Shown here in pieces: positions 32,101 to 47,700 of a DNA stretch of 64,000 nt. The stretch comes from Tubulanus polymorphus (taxonomy: Eukaryota > Animalia > Nemertea), in NCBI RefSeq assembly GCF_964204645.1, contig NC_134025.1, forward strand, positions 6,758,001 through 6,822,000, in the 5' to 3' direction. Numbering within the stretch: position 1 is the first letter of the stretch; the number at the start of each line of letters is the position of its first letter. Position numbers and translations under genes: made by a program. The notes under the pieces were generated by a model. The model did no database searches, had not been told where the DNA came from, and worked only from the letters and a program-made list of their open reading frames with translations.

Positions 32101-34887
32101 ATATAAGTGGTCGTTTCAAAATGATCGTGGATCTCAGGTGACCCGGGGTGTAGCTGAGACCCAACAAATGAGTCTTGGCTGAATTGACAACTCAAACTAA
32201 CAATGTGATGTGAGTGTTCTTAACAATCAGAATCAGATCTTGGTGCGAACTCAGTTAGGATTTAGGTATTGAAACTGGGACGTTCAGCATTCAAACCGGA
32301 GATTGATGTTATCTTGAGTTTTAGCTCATTTAGCATAGATGCTCATCTCAACATTATGGCTGACTGAGGGTACGAGATTAGACACTGTCTGACAGTAAAT
32401 ACACCACACCTCTTAAGATAAGCTTATCTTTTTCTCGAGAGTCACTGACATTAGAGCCACACATGAAATGAGCTAGTTATTCTTTTTTTAAAGATAATGC
32501 AATCTATTCATACTTTACGCAGTGACTGCCCTGTAGATATGCGTTAGATAGATTCAAGTGTCACGGGACTGTTGTTCAATGTCCATGATTCGGTAATCTT
32601 CAGTGGTATTTTGTGCGTATTCATTTCTTGAAGCTGTTGAGAAACGATGAAGTCAATATAAATGTGTTTTCAGATGCTACAAAGACTGTTGCATTATTGA
32701 TTGTCACATCAAAGAAAGTTTCCTTCATCTCATACACTCTAGTTCTTCTGTCTCAAGGCACAGTTCAGACCTGTGATGCTTGATATTCCTTGCGTGTTGT
32801 TATTTCTTGTTTACCTCGAAGAATTTATTGATAAGTTATCGATATTTTGATTAGTCAAATGTTGTACAAAACTGATTGATACCGTGTGTTGTTTTGAAGA
32901 TTCTACATGGAAATTCAATGGGAATGTATGTATTGTATTTACTGTTTTATGGATTTATAATTTACCAAATTTGTTCACTGGGGAGAAATAGGCTTTATGT
33001 ATCAGTACAGTTACTCATGGCAACTGATTTCAAATGTGAACATCTACAGACATATATTAGTAATAGTGAACAACATACATCATACGAGATGAAACCCTTT
33101 TTCTTGATTTCTTAATTTTTTCTGTTTCTGAGCTATCAAATACAGCCTGATTTGATTTGGCATTATATTCTACAGGAAAGCCTGTCGAAGCATTAACGTT
33201 ATACCTTAACTCTTTGAATATGGCGAAATTGGTGATATTTTTTTCCCACTCAGAATTATCTTAGACCAGAGAAAAAATGCGTGATTGAAATTTGTTACGG
33301 TGCCTGTTTCCATCAAAACAAATTTTTTGATGTTTGTTGCCAATTTCATTTTATGTCGCTTTTTTTGGCTCGGCTGCAAAATGACTTATATAATGTGTAT
33401 ATCCGAAATGTTTTCGAAGAAATCTATGAATTTGGGATCAATTATATATACTGTCAGTTTAATGGATATTTAGAGTGCTATTAGAGTTAAGATGAAGATT
33501 TATTAGTGATGCTTTCCTTTTACGTCGCTTAAAACCTCAAGTTGTTCAGATACAAGATTGATATGGATTTGTAATATATGCAGTATTAGTTATCAATAGT
33601 GCGTTTTAGCCGTTGTAATATCAAATCTCCAACAAGTGTCACTTGATGTCATTAATGAAGACGGAATAGCGACGAACACCGGGCTCTGAGAGAGACTACA
33701 GATTTATGTCTTCGGGGTGTCGATCATGTTCTTATAACAAACATTACCGAAACATCATCAGAACTCCTTACAACAAATCTTCCGCCGCTTAATGACATTG
33801 ATGGTGTTACTTCGCCCACAGATATACGCGAAATTAGAAAAAATCGAATTTTCTCGTCGAGTTAAACGAACTATACGATAAACCTGTATCCTGATAAACG
33901 CAGGTTGTGCGTGTGTGTGGTCATATTGAGCAAATATCTAATTTATGAGTAGAGAGCGAGTCTCCAGTGAGTTTGTTTTAATCTAGAAATTGCTCATTTG
34001 TGTGATAGTGAATGAATGTCGATATTAGGTGGATTGATGCATGTGGTGGGACATGATAACGAATCTGATACAGAAAAACTTATGAAATGAGTCTGTTATT
34101 GTCTCTTACATTGCAAGCCTTGTCTATGAGCGTATTGATATTCCAGATCTGATGGACCTGGAACCACTGCCGAGAGCATTCATTTTGTATATACATATAT
34201 ACATGTAGCTCAAATCAAATCAAATCATTAAACGTTATTGGACCCGTTATGCACGAATTAACATTCTAGGATGAACACAACAAAAGCCTAGACGATTAAG
34301 AGAAAAAGAAAAATGTTTGTAAGCATTGGAATTAATACTACAAGCTCTGAAACTTCAAGACATATTTTTGCATCCGGCATTTTATTTTGCTCTGGGTCTA
34401 ATATGCTGGTCCCACTTACCAGTTACAAAATGGTTCAAGAAGCAGAAACTGCTAGAACAGACAGAGAAATTCAAACCCCTGGTGGATATATAGACATTGT
34501 GTGTGTAATTTTGCTCGTGGCACTATACAATCACATGAATTTATATGGATATCAGATGATATATCTAAAGATGTATATTTTACTTGCACCCAACAATTAA
34601 TCATTGATTTGTTTTAATTCATCCACAAACCTCAGTCGCAATCATTATCCAGCTATTATACTCTAAAGGTTCGTTGTCAATTATCCATTTACATTTGGGA
34701 TTCTACCAACGATACCAGCTTTTGTTCTTCGTACAATAGGCAAGCTGTGATTCTAAATGCATCGCTATGTTTCAGTACCTCTTGCAGTGGTACATTGATA
34801 TTGCCATCGTCGGCTAGTGGCAAAGGCCGAGATATATGATAGATATATACCATTTCATAATCTTGAGGGGCAATTTAGAGGTGGTCT

Positions 34888-35106
34888 CAGTGGTCTGGAT
34901 CCTAGTCTTCCCATAGAAGTTTTCCTTTTCGTTATGACATATATTGTATAAAACCTCTCGGAAATAGCATAACTTTTTATGTAATTCTTCAAAATATCTA
35001 ACACCGAGGGAGGACCCTCTAGTGCCCTTTGGCGGGGCTGCTTTATCTGAGAAATGGCTTTTTTCTTCTGGGCCCCCGTCTTCCAATTTTCCTAGATCCA
35101 CCCCTG
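34888..35106. mobile_element. hAT-like MITE remnant
   Basis: Right end CTAGATCCACCCCTG (reverse complement CAGGGGTGGATCTAG), degenerate left end CAGTGGTCTGGATCCTAG, internal GGGCCCCC. Confidence 0.45.
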
Positions 35107-38100
35107 TACTTATACCACTTTCTATGATATACCAATGTGGCTGAATTAATTGAAATGAATTGCAAAGAAAAAACAAAAAGCCCAAAAAATACTGACTTTC
35201 AAGTTTCATTAAAGTCCACATCTATCATTGACGACTGAGTTGCAGAAATTCCTATGCAGGAAATGCATCCTATTATGTCCACTTACACGATGGTTTATCA
35301 GTTTATTGTGGCAAAAAGCTGGCAAGTGGTATCCTGCGTGCTATCTCAACGACTAAATATAGCATGTCAATTTGCTTCAGTGTAAAGCTGATGGGTTGAT
35401 GGGGTTTAAGTACCCATAATGGACCGTTTTGGCTTATGTATATGCATTGAAGCTGTCGTAGCATTTCTTCTAGAAGAGGGCCATTGGGAAGAAGTCATTT
35501 TCTACTTGACTTATAGTGCCTTTTCGAGAAACCTGCATTAGCATTCGCTCATTGTTTTGCGGTGTCAATAAGTCAAGATAATATACAGGCTATCGCAATT
35601 AGTATTTTACATCGCTGGAACACTCCGTGTGTGTGGTATCCGAAATCTCGATATTCCATCAAACATGTTTTTGAAGTTGTTTGTTTGTCATCCGTAAAGC
35701 AGATCGCTATAAATCATCCAACCCAGTACGGTCAGTATTCCAATTGATAAATCAGTGTGCAAACTATTTTTTCATTAAAAAAATGGCTATTTGGTCTCCA
35801 CGGTCTGTATCGAAGCACGAATGTGAGACATGTAAATTGCTTGTTGATGCGGCAAAGCCGTGAAGTTTATGTTCAGTCATGCCCAGTACAGTGTTAGCAA
35901 TCGGGATAAAATCATCTATACTAAGACTTTGGGCTAAGTGACAATGTAACTGAGATATCATTAACTTAATGGAATCAGAAACGTCAGTTGTGACATTTAT
36001 TCTTTCATCTGCCTCGCCAGATTAACCAACTAGATACAGAAAGCTTTCGTTCATATTCATATTCTGTCATTTCGATTCCATCACAGGATATGATGCCCTG
36101 AAACCATATACAAAGAAGCCAAAGGTCAGTAATTACATTTCCTTCAGTGGCGTGTGGAGTCCAGCTTGAAGCTAGTTAGGACGAACCGTATGGAATCTGA
36201 TAATTCTGAATGAATCCGAACCGTTACGCATAGGTGTCGAAACCAGTCTGGTATAGCTCGGGCCGTGGCTGTTCCAATAGTTTGCCTCACTTCTGATCCC
36301 GTTTAATGATGGAAAAATAGCCCCAAGAATTCTCAGATTGCATGAACAAGCATCCGTTCCTTTAAGATTTCGGAGGACCCCGATAAGACGCTCGCATTTG
36401 TGATTTATGTCAAACCAAATCCCACTACAAAAGGCTGGGCTAATATTTCGTAGCTTGTACTGGTCCGCTTTCAACTGCATTCATGTTTTAGTGCTGATGA
36501 AACTGAAGAAATTGATACATCAAAGATGTTTCTGAAACTTGTTTCTTCGTATCTTGATCGTTGTGAGATCTCTTCTCATAGGAAAGTTGACAATAGTTTG
36601 TAACATCTAGATTTTTCACCTAAGCCATTCCGACGATAGGCTGTGGTTTAATGACAAGATTTTCTGTTTAGATAGATTCAATAATGACCTTGAAAGGATT
36701 ACTATTATTTCAGTATCTGTAAAAATCAGTGTAGATAATCTATACTGCCCTAAATTCAGGTCCCTGTTTAGGCAAATAATGTGTATATTTACACAGGTTT
36801 TCATATTTCAATACGGAATCATACTCAATGAACATAACCAACCACCTTCATTGACTGATTGCGTTGTAATATATTTTATGGACGGAATTGCTTCCGATGA
36901 ACTAATTTCGTAAGTAGACAGATAAATTTATTCAAATTAGTAAATGGGAGCATACTTTTTTAAATAATCTACCGAGTCCCATATACGCAATTATGTACTG
37001 TTCGTATATTGTCAATGCTTTCATATTTTTAGTCTGTGATTCCATAAAATGTTATTTATTTCCATATCTGATCATATATGAGGTGTATAATTGAGGTTTT
37101 AGCCCTTGCGGTTTCCGGTGAGGTCTGAGTAATGATTAACGATAGCAAATTTTAGCGCAGGAATTCGATTAACTCAACAGAATTGTCCATAGATAATCCA
37201 GTAGGGTATACTGTCGCGGCGGTTGAGTTATCGTTATTGACACTAATGAAGAAAATCAGTTTTAGAGGAAATTAGTGACAATGGGGGAAATGCGGCGCTG
37301 AAGTTAGTGCAGACACTTGCGAGTGCGCGAAACCTGCCCATAATACGGTAATCTTCTCGAATAATTTCGTCTTGCCTACTAATTTCGGCGCATCTTCGGA
37401 GAATTGAATCCTAAAATTTAAGAGAAGTAGATGATTTGGACTGATTACATTTGAATAGAAATTGTAAACGAAGTAAGAATTAACATGTATATATATATAT
37501 ATACGGTGTACATTTGGAGCTCGCACTCCTGTTTTGTCTATTCCTCCGATTAAACAATATCCGGCTTATACTCGAATCGCATTAGTTCAGGAAATGAAAA
37601 ATGGCTCGACAGATGCACATTTTTTTCAGCGTGTTACGATGTAGTTTTGATGGTGAGCGATTATTTACCATTAGGTCTACTCGCTGCCCTCGATCATATT
37701 ACAGTCTGAATGCGTCGCGCCGTTGTGGAGACTCATCGCTATGAAAATGCGATATATCAAGTGTTCGGTTTCGTATCTGATGTTCAATCTCGTACAGGTG
37801 GATTAATTTTACGTATCAGTTTCTTGCGCAGCTAAATCCCGAAATGAAAATCTCCCATCCCTGGTGATCAATAACGTTTTTGCTCGATGCCGTAGTTTAC
37901 CATCCAATTCCGTCAGTCGCTTAAAAATCGTTTGCGTTTAATGAAAATCTCCGATTAATTGAAAACTATTTCTTCTTTATTATCAATCGTTTGAATGTTG
38001 TAATAATTTTTTTGTTGTCATTTTTTTATTCCAATAAATTTGCTTATCATGAGATGATCATAGTCTTGTGCTACATGTTCTACATCTGCCTACAATTGGT

Positions 38101-40121
38101 TGGTTGAGTGAATAAGTGGTAAAATCTTACTTAACTTTGGACTTACGTTACCAATACATCCTAGGTAGTGGAAAAAATTCATTAACGTTTGAGTAGGTTT
38201 ACTGATGTTCGTTTCTTTGTTCGCTGCTATTCATTTTTCAATCTCTTTTTATTCTCGCTATCATTATATTTTGTGGTATCTTCAGAGTCATATTCGGAGT
38301 GTATCAATTCAGGGAGTTTTTGAGTTCAGAGATCTTGCCATTGTTCCTCACGACCGTGGTAGAAAAGAAAATTACGCAAGTATTTTCTTGTGGTTTGATT
38401 GATTCTGAACATTTTCTATGGCATCTGGAGAACGTAAGTCAATTTGTTTAGTTATATTTACCCAGTAATCGTATGTTTGGTAACAGGCTGGGTATTGAGC
38501 GATTTTTCATACACAATACTAATGTATGATCAATGTATTTTTTCGGGATAAGTTGAAGCAGCCTCATTTGATTGATGAAAACATTCGTTGTTTTGTCATC
38601 GTGATAAATGACGCAGTAAAATTTCACGTGCGCGCGATGTTGAATAATTCTCATTCGTGTAAAAGGGATGACTATTGAATTCAGGTCTTTTTACCATTGT
38701 TGGACTATATCTAATAATCGGATTACGAGGATCTTGCTAAGCTCTTTCGTTTTCAATTAATTCCGCACATAAAACTTGTCATCAGTGTTACCTGCTCGAG
38801 GTGTCTACCTCATTATACCCCATTCGTCTTGTCAACTCCGTCGCTCTATAATCAACACTTGCATTATGCTTTTTCAAAATCAATTTAAACCTTCATTAAA
38901 GTGAGGTCATAAATTTGCATATTAGGTTTTTAAGTGCCAATATTTTATGTCACGAACGCGAAGGAAACCTACTCTGCTTACCGGCTGCATACGATAAAAC
39001 TTGCGTTGAATGGAAAATTTATCGATAAATTTGGTAATATTGAGTTGTTCACACGTATTTTATTATTTACAATCTCTTCAATGTTTGTTGAAGTGTTATT
39101 GTAATTGTGTGCTATAGAAATGAAACTGCTAGAAATGAAACTGTTACGGAACTGGAAGTTGAAGCCTGCAGGATACATTCCAATTCCAACCAGAATTCGA
39201 TTTATAGCAAACCAGGAATGCGTCGTCTGGCCCTTTGTTCTTATATTTACGTTGTAAATGCTTATAATTGTATCAGTAAAGATAAATTATTATTATTATC
39301 ATCATAATTGAGAAGACTTGACCTGTAATACTTGAGATATCATTCAATTAGTTATTAATGTTTGTTTGAATGGTAACAAAATCAGTTATAAATCAGTTCA
39401 AGGCAAGGTTTTAATAATGTCTACAAGTTGTTGAGAATAACAGGAAGGTCTTATTCCCTGAGAACAACAAGTATCTTGCAGCCATGGACATTCTGATATT
39501 TCACAGGGTGCTACCCAAAAGACCATTGCAAAGCAGATAACACTAATATTAGAGCTAATCCCTAGAAAATGATCTTCCATCCCTTTGGTGCTTAAATCTG
39601 GTCACACCATTTGGCTTTTAAGTATTATTATAATCCATTTAGCTGGGCAATTGGTTACTACTTAGTGAATATTTATAGTGTATTGCTTCAAATGAGATAA
39701 AGAGAAGCCAAAGTATGTCAACAACACGGGCAGCTTCAGCTGGCAAATGAGTTATGTTTGATACGAGCAATTTCCACGAGAGATCAAGCAATTGATTTCT
39801 CATTTTTCCACCAAGAGCAAATACTGGCAATAGAGTAATAAAACACTGCATGCTTCAATAAGTTAACAAGTAAAACCACAGAGTTGATGTATGCAATATC
39901 GATTGCAGTTACCATACCTTTACTTGGAAACCGGATCATGATATGCTTGATTGTAACAACCTTTCACTCGGACCACTGACTCCATAGAAATATGTAATCA
40001 ACCTTATGATTTGCTCCATGCATCCAACAAAACTGTTTGCGGTAAGCGATTGATATACTACTGGGCGATGATGCTGCTTCAAAGCGTACGGACAAAAACG
40101 CTACATGACCTGTTGACTTTC

Positions 40122-40419
40122 TTAACCCTTTCAGTGCATCTACACCGCAGTGCGGTGTATAAATTAGTGATAGATTTTGCTAGTACACCACACTGCGGTG
40201 TATTGATGTAATTAGTAATTAGTAATTATCTCTCTTGAAAAATGGCAGCACTTGTCAAACATAGTGAAATACTAGTAACTAACGATACACCGCAATGCGG
40301 TGTAGACGCACTTCAGTGGTATTCCCGTTATTCAACACACTAGGGTGGAATTTAAAAAGAAAATTTCAAATTATCTCCAGCACTATAGGGTATTAATTAG
40401 TCAGCACTGAAAGGGTTAA
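40122..40419. mobile_element. piggyBac-type MITE with TTAA target-site duplication
   Basis: TTAA|CCCTTTCAGTGC ... GCACTGAAAGGG|TTAA (perfect 12-bp TIR). Three internal palindromes TACACC(G/A)CANTGCGGTGTA at 40141, 40184 and 40286. Confidence 0.85.
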
Positions 40420-41509
40420 AAAATAAGTGATCGTGTCGATATTGAAAGGTTGTGTTTATTTTATTGCATGAAACTGAGGAGCTAAGGATGTAACAGTTGA
40501 AAGATATATATTTGTTGAATAGCTTCAGAGGATTTGATGGGATGTGGAAATTTGTCACTAAAGCACTCGACTTGTTCTGCCGTGAGGTTGAAAATGCTGT
40601 GGTCACAGCTGAAGAGAATTCATTATGCTTATAAAATCAAAAGATCAATGCTTCCAAGGCTAAGAAGCCTTCATACTAGCGAAAATAATCTCTGTCAAGG
40701 GTTTTATACTTGAGGATTAATGCTAGTGATGATGTTTGCTTCCATTTAATGCACATGAGATGGTCTTCTTTTACTTGTGGCGCAGAACAACTCATTTATT
40801 GGTTTATGTTTATCGCATATATCCTCTGGTGATGCTCGGAGTTTCGTGGTTCATCTATCATCCCCGAGCCGGGTCAAGTTCAATTGAATCACTGGTTGGT
40901 CATCACTAGTATCCATTATCTTATAAACGTAGATGCTTACAGATGAATGGGTTTGATAGTCGGAGTAGATATTGAAACTGACTGGCCTGGGGACTAGTCA
41001 ATTACAGACCAATTAACTGGCTCACTTCTAGTTGATGACACTTGCAGTTCATCTGATGGAAACCTCCGAAAAGGTTTCTCTTTATTATCATGATTTTTAA
41101 CGATGTCTCCGTAATCGAGATACCAGGGCTAGCGGGGATGTAGAGGGTTTCACTTGAAATATAGCTGAATGGTTTCGCAACGTTCCCTTTTCCTTCCTCA
41201 CTCTTTAGTAAAGCAATCGCTTTGAATTCCACAAACATGTTGCTTATGCAAAGAAATGTCTTTTTTATTGTGAATATGTTTCACACGTTGTTGTGCAGGC
41301 ATCATTTTAATGATGGTATGATGCTGAGTGCCAGAATAAGAAAGTCTATCGACATGTTTTGACTTGATGGGTAGATGGGTTTTGTAGTTAAACATCTAAT
41401 TTTATCTTGAAAAATGCTATGCATGGAAGCAAAAATATGCTCTTTATGTATTTTTGGTGGAAGTGAACGTTGCATGTTTTACCTTTTTGGGAGTGTACAA
41501 ATCAGATTA

Positions 41510-41760
41510 TAAAGGGGGCGGTGAGAGACATCTTACGTTCGTCATCCCCTTGAGACTGTGTTTGCACGATACAGCCTGCAATTCTACATGGATTTCCCTG
41601 AAACTTGGTGTGAGGATTTAGCCCAGTGAGTTGTATTGAAAATGGAGACTGCCATCTAATATGGCTGCCAGGGTTGCCACCATCGTAACTAACTTGAATT
41701 TCTTGATGGCACCATACAGCCTGCAATTCTTGATGAATTTCCATGAAACTTGGTCCGACT
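41510..41760. mobile_element. Helentron/HINE-like non-autonomous element fragment with 145-bp internal tandem repeat
   Basis: ATACAGCCTGCAATTCT...ATTTCCNTGAAACTTGGT at 41569 and 41714, plus an ATGGCTGCC motif. The family label is inferred from resemblance to invertebrate Helentron-associated repeats. Confidence 0.5.
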
Positions 41761-44700
41761 GTTGAGACAGGTTTATCTATTCTGTACTTGAACCAACAAT
41801 TCCTGCGAAGTTACTAAAAAGGATCTACTGTAATAAAATCCTTAATGAAATTAGAATTAAGTTCATCGCTGCCACCAGTCTGGATTGCTTCATTATATTT
41901 CTTATGTCTGTTATTCAACTAATACTGCGTTTGGTGTAAATTTTTCAAACCGTCGATGCATGATTCTTCTGACGTCGCGATTCAAGTGATGTACCCGGAT
42001 TGATTATTGATTATCATTGAGGATCAGATCGCCACGGGTACCTGAAAGGTGCTACGACTCTGGAGACCTTCCTTGACTAATTAAATTCTCAGATACGGTG
42101 GCTATTAGCTCTGTGGCGTGTGGCCACATTATTATACAAGTAATCTCTTCGAGTTTGCACGATATTCCTGCGGGATTTTAGCGGGTATTACTTGTTAGGT
42201 TGTAATAGGGCAAAGCTGCGAACTATAATCACCTCCGCCTTTGGATCGAAATAGTCGTCTTACGTTCATGACTCGAAGCCAAACTTTTTTTGAGAAACAC
42301 TTTCAGGACCTGTATGTGCGTTGTATCTCTGCTGGATCGCGAGTTTTAGTAAGTAGTAACAATGAGGTTTTGTGAAGTACATGAGTCCAAATAGTGCGTA
42401 CTCTATATGCGTGATCATGTATCAAATATAAGCAAAATGATTATTGGTTTGCATATATATGTATGTTCACTCACAATCCACTGCTGCGATTAATCTTACA
42501 GCTTACTGACAACGTGTCTACTGGAGATAAGTCATCAATCCTATATAATGTATAATTAAACTCTCAAGATCTGTTTGAATTGATAGACAACATTTCCTCT
42601 TTGTATCAGTACTAATCCATTCTCAGCATTTTCTGTATAAAATGTCTCGAGTATTTCTAGTATTTCGTGACTTTTTGGCTGTAAAAATATGGCATGAAAG
42701 CTTCGCGCACTTCGAGAGGGGTTTTACAGGTTTAATGCCATAAGTTGGTCTCTTCCCATTATCGGTGTGTTCATTTACCAACTCACCGTCTAATCTAATA
42801 AGGCTTTAACTACTTGATGAGTGTACCTCCAGGGAGGATCTCTACCACTGGTGGAACATGTCAGTCTTGAAATCATTTGTGATTATAAAGGCTATGATAG
42901 AAATTGGGACCCGGTATAGATAAGCTCACATAAGATGATGCGCCTAAAAATCCACGATACACTTGCCTACCATAGTTAGTGCGAATAATGAATTGAATGA
43001 TGTCATCCAGTCCTCTGTTCGTCTGTGCAGTAAATCTTGCGCGGAACATTTCTATGTCTGGTGGTATTTTGATGGAACCTGGAACGTTGCTATGATATGT
43101 AGTTATGCACCTGCCATTTATTAAAAAAAAAAAATCAAACATGGATGACTGGCGGCATCTATCTAGTTAGTAAATTTTGCGCAGACTACTCCTCGTAGGT
43201 CTTACGTCATAATTTAATGAAACTTCTTATAACGCATTCATTCCTGTGCAACACAATTTTTAGTCAATGATTGAACTGGCTTGAAAGAAGTAGTAAATGT
43301 ATTGGAAATGGCTTCGCAACGATTATTCATGCAGATGTGGTGGATATCAAGATGGTGCCACTGGTACTGAAACCAGATCTATTATTCATGGTCTTCACTG
43401 GAATTCCTTTCATTAAACCGATGACTCTCCTGGGACTAGAATTCGCACTAAAATCAGTCGAGGAAACTAAACATTTTCGAAGATAGTTCGAATTGCGCGC
43501 GATGGATTCATATGGGAAAACAAATAAAAAAATTGATGAAATAATAAAATTAACTCATTGTACCGATGAATGAAAATACAGATGATGTTATTATGATTAT
43601 CATTAGGGCTACAGTCTGTAGTCATTCTCAGTATTAATGAATATGTGATTTCAGTGCCAATAGAAATATACTGATATTTTGTATCAATTCACAGTGGGAA
43701 CTTTACCGAAACAGGCATGAAGGACCTGATTTGTTCGAGAGATAAGTGTCATAATTAATCGTAATGATAGTCATTATTTAATGTTAATTTCTAGGCCAAT
43801 TGTATCATATCTGTAATAGTAGTCCTTATTCTAAACCAGACATTTGTTGAATACACGTAATAATATATGGCCTTGGTGTAAGGATTTGTCTGTTCTATGC
43901 TGGTAGTTAGGTACTGGGACGTATTTAACCCTACCATTGTCCGGGATTTAGGCCTGGCATCATTTCCCTTTCTTCTGATCTTTTAACACTTTTATCATGA
44001 CATAGTCAGGTATAGGTTTCTATTGCATGGGGCATCTCAGACCTGTGTACCACTTTTGAGAAAACTCTTACAAAGTTTCATTTTCAAACAGTGATTTTTT
44101 GTGCGAAAGCGAAAAGAACGACTCTTAAAAAAAGAAAGGTGCAATGAGTAAGTACTTTCCAACATCTATCATTCTGAAAATATCTTGCAACTAAGGGAGC
44201 AATTAGTTAAATGTCTCTACATAGTTTCTTTATTACATTAAAGCTCCCACAACTTGCTCATCAGACTTCTTACATACTCTTGAGACAAAATCTTTATCAT
44301 TATTGACTGTTGGAGCCTAAATTAGTTTTCTAATTCAATATGATTAGCATTTATGTCACTGCAAAGCAATTCCTGGGAAAACTTTGAAGGCAAGAAGGGA
44401 GTGGTGGAGGATAGACAGGTTGTAATGAAAGAAAATCTCTATACGGCTTCATCTTGTTAAATCAAGCGTAGTTCAAGAAAGTCGTTAGATTGTTTTAGGT
44501 TTCAGTCATTCACATAATACAGTTCATCTTTATGCTCTTCAGGTTTGAGTTATTCTTTTTTCACTTCACAGTCGAAATTTTTTGTTGATGCTAGAAAGAA
44601 AATGATATCCTGTTTTATTGTTATCATTGTTAAACGTATTTTCAAAAGCTTTAGGTTGAATGAAATTTTTTTTTCATTATTGTTAGTCTGTGTGGTCTTT

Positions 44701-47700
44701 CTTACTTAGCATGGCGTCAGAGAAAAGTTGATACATGTACTTAGCTTTTTTATAACAACCATAATCGTGGTGCTGTAAAATGCCATCAACTTAAGATGTT
44801 TTCATGGGCGGATTTGTCTTCTTAATTAAGAAATTTCAATTATTTCCTGTTTTCTATACGCGTGATGAAAATCCATGGAGCAAATAGCTGACACATGATA
44901 CAAAAAACCTGAAATCATGAATGACGAACTAAAAACTAATAGTTTCCATTACGAAGATTCGACAACACATCGTCGATTCTAGCCATTAAAACTTGTCGAC
45001 CCAAGATAGAGATAATGCCTTTAGATAGAATAATAACCCCATTATCCCAGTAACGGTACATCACCATCAATGCCATCAATGCCGTATCTTATTCTAACTA
45101 ATTTCATGATACTGCTATTGATGGATCATTGATGGTGTTTCCCTTTTTATTGTGCACCGTAGATCTGCCATTATAATTACCTGGTGTTCTCGGTCGTCGA
45201 CGCCGCTATAAAATCCCATTTTCATCCCGCCGAAGCTTTGGATTCCTTCACAGGGTGTGTTTACCCTAGAGATCGCGACATGAAATGAGCTATCGATTTC
45301 CAAGAAAGTTTCGGTTATATTAAACGCAACCAGTCTAAATCATAAAAGCCATCGCAGGAAAGATCACACCGAATAGTACAACTACTAATGGACCAGGATG
45401 TTATCTCATCTTGATCGATTTTTTTGTTGTAATTCAGATAAAATTATTAGATTATCCTTATTTCATTATTTGTTCAGTTAGGGTATATTTAAATATATAC
45501 GCGCGTATGTAATCTGCTGGTTTTACGATTGACTCTTGAAGGAGTCTTCATGCTTCATTTCAGCATCTCGTATTTCATGATAGTAGCCAGATATGATTTC
45601 TAATGTTAGTTAGATTATGATGGTCATACAGTCCGTTGTGAATTGTTCTAAAATGACAAATAATTAACTGGATGCTTTTGCTAGTCTGTTCGATGGCCTC
45701 GAGATATATATATCTCGTCCTATAAATCCATAACAACCAAATTCTATAGACAGGATGTTGGAATTACCCAGGCATATTCATAGGCTCGCTGGCATTGTCC
45801 CGAATAACCTGGCTCTTAATAGCGGGAGATAACCGTTGAAATATTGTCTAGAGTCTTTATAGTTGTTTTCTCGTTGGTAGTGCAGGTATCGGGATCGAGA
45901 TCGCAGGTATGTCTTAGATGTTTTATTCAGTGATGTGCGAAGTTTAGGATATTGGAATACATAGTTTAACAAAATAGGCTGAGAAATATACCATCCAGAA
46001 CTAACGCCCTTAGATGATGATGTTTGAAAAAAAGTTATGTTCGTCCCAAAGATGATTCTTTGTAGGATTGTGTAATTTTCTATAGTTTAGACGGTAGGGC
46101 ATGTTGACTGATCTGAGCTTGATTACGTTGTGATCATTCCTATACTGAATATTAAGGTTGATTTATTTGATTTTGAGGATGTAGTATGATCTAACCTGAA
46201 ATATAATATGCCCAATTGGTTCATACTTGAACTTTATCTTTGATTCTGATGCAAAGTTATTCAAAAGTGAATTGGTTTACTTTTGCTTTTGACATTCTTT
46301 TCATATATTCATGCAAATCCTGAGAATTGAAATATCACTTTTTATCTAATTATGAAATTTGTTCTTGCTACATTAGATATAGGTAGGTGTATGGTATCAT
46401 AATTGGCTCCTGACTCTTGCTAGAGGTCATCCTTTCATTCTGTTTATATCATAGATTCCAAAGGCTAGAGTTTTTGAATAGAACATTTAGAATTTTTATT
46501 GAAGTTATGGTGAGATTTTCCTTTATGCTTCTCCTGACCTGGTATCTTTGATTGAGAACCGTGTTTTATTGAACGTTATAACTCTCTATCTTTCATCGTG
46601 TCGCCAGCAAATCTATTTAACTAATCTGGATATAAAGGAAATAAAAAGGATAATTGTTGTATTTTATTAACACTTAGTTTCCCCCATCAAAGTTGATGGC
46701 TCGATCCTCGGGAGTAGACCAGACAGGTCAATATTCCGGAGGAACGAACACACCTACGTTTCTATTTTTTAGAACAAGTTACTATTTTGGATCAGACGCG
46801 ATCAATCTTATGACAAATGTCAGAGCCTGATTATCTGCTTTGTTCCCGTAAAATTACTATTGCCTATCGCTACATTATTTGATCTAATATTGCTTCATTG
46901 GGTCTATCTTTCATTCTTTTCATTTTATTGTCGGTGGCAACGCTCAAGAAAAAATTGAAATCGTTTAAATCTTTCCCGGTTGCCAGGAGCGGGTACATGT
47001 TTGAAAGAAATATGACTGACCAATAGAGGATTTTATGCCCTTGAAGAAAGTGCGATCTTCAACCTTCACTGTATTGCTGTATGTCTCATATTTCTGCAGA
47101 AATTGATCAGCGTCTCTCGATTCACCTCTTCCCTCAAAATGTCAATTAACTCAATTGATCTGATGACTATTGCCATTATCGTTATTGTTACCTTGAAAGT
47201 AATTAAACGATACATTAACTTAAAAACCAATCCTTGATAACCGTCCATCACAACAAGTATGCGACAACATCCTATTAGCGATTTTTGACATTGATGTAGG
47301 ATGTTCGGTAATTTGTGACTTTAGAAACAAATGAGATTTTCCTACAAGTGTTTATCATTCAGATTCAGCTTATTAGATCAGTTGAATGTCAAATGTTATT
47401 GGTGTACCGTTCATGGAACATCATGAATGAAGCAAATTCTTTTAGCTTGAGAATACTTAAAGACTTTTGAATAAATGATTTCACCCTTGATGGCTTTGTG
47501 TTATAAATGGTAACACCAGTTGCTTATTTTCTGATTTCTGGATTGTATTGTGCTTTGTTTGATTAAATATTGAGCCTCCTCATCTCTCTGGGAGGGGTAT
47601 GGTGTCACCTGACTTAGCAGAAGATCATTTTTGGTTTATCGAAAGCTTGAGATAACCTCCTTCAGCAGAAAACTATTTTCTGGCCCAGTGTCTTAGAAGT

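Noticed and set aside
31834-32282. Possible MITE with internal GTGAC(C/A)NGAGTGTA repeats
   Set aside because: Termini and target-site duplication could not be defined confidently by eye.
36172-36480. 102-aa minus-strand ORF
   Set aside because: No recognisable domain or splice context. Probably decayed TE or chance.
40141-40304. Spaced palindromic repeats resembling a CRISPR array
   Set aside because: Eukaryotic context, irregular spacing, located inside a TTAA-flanked MITE, and no cas genes.
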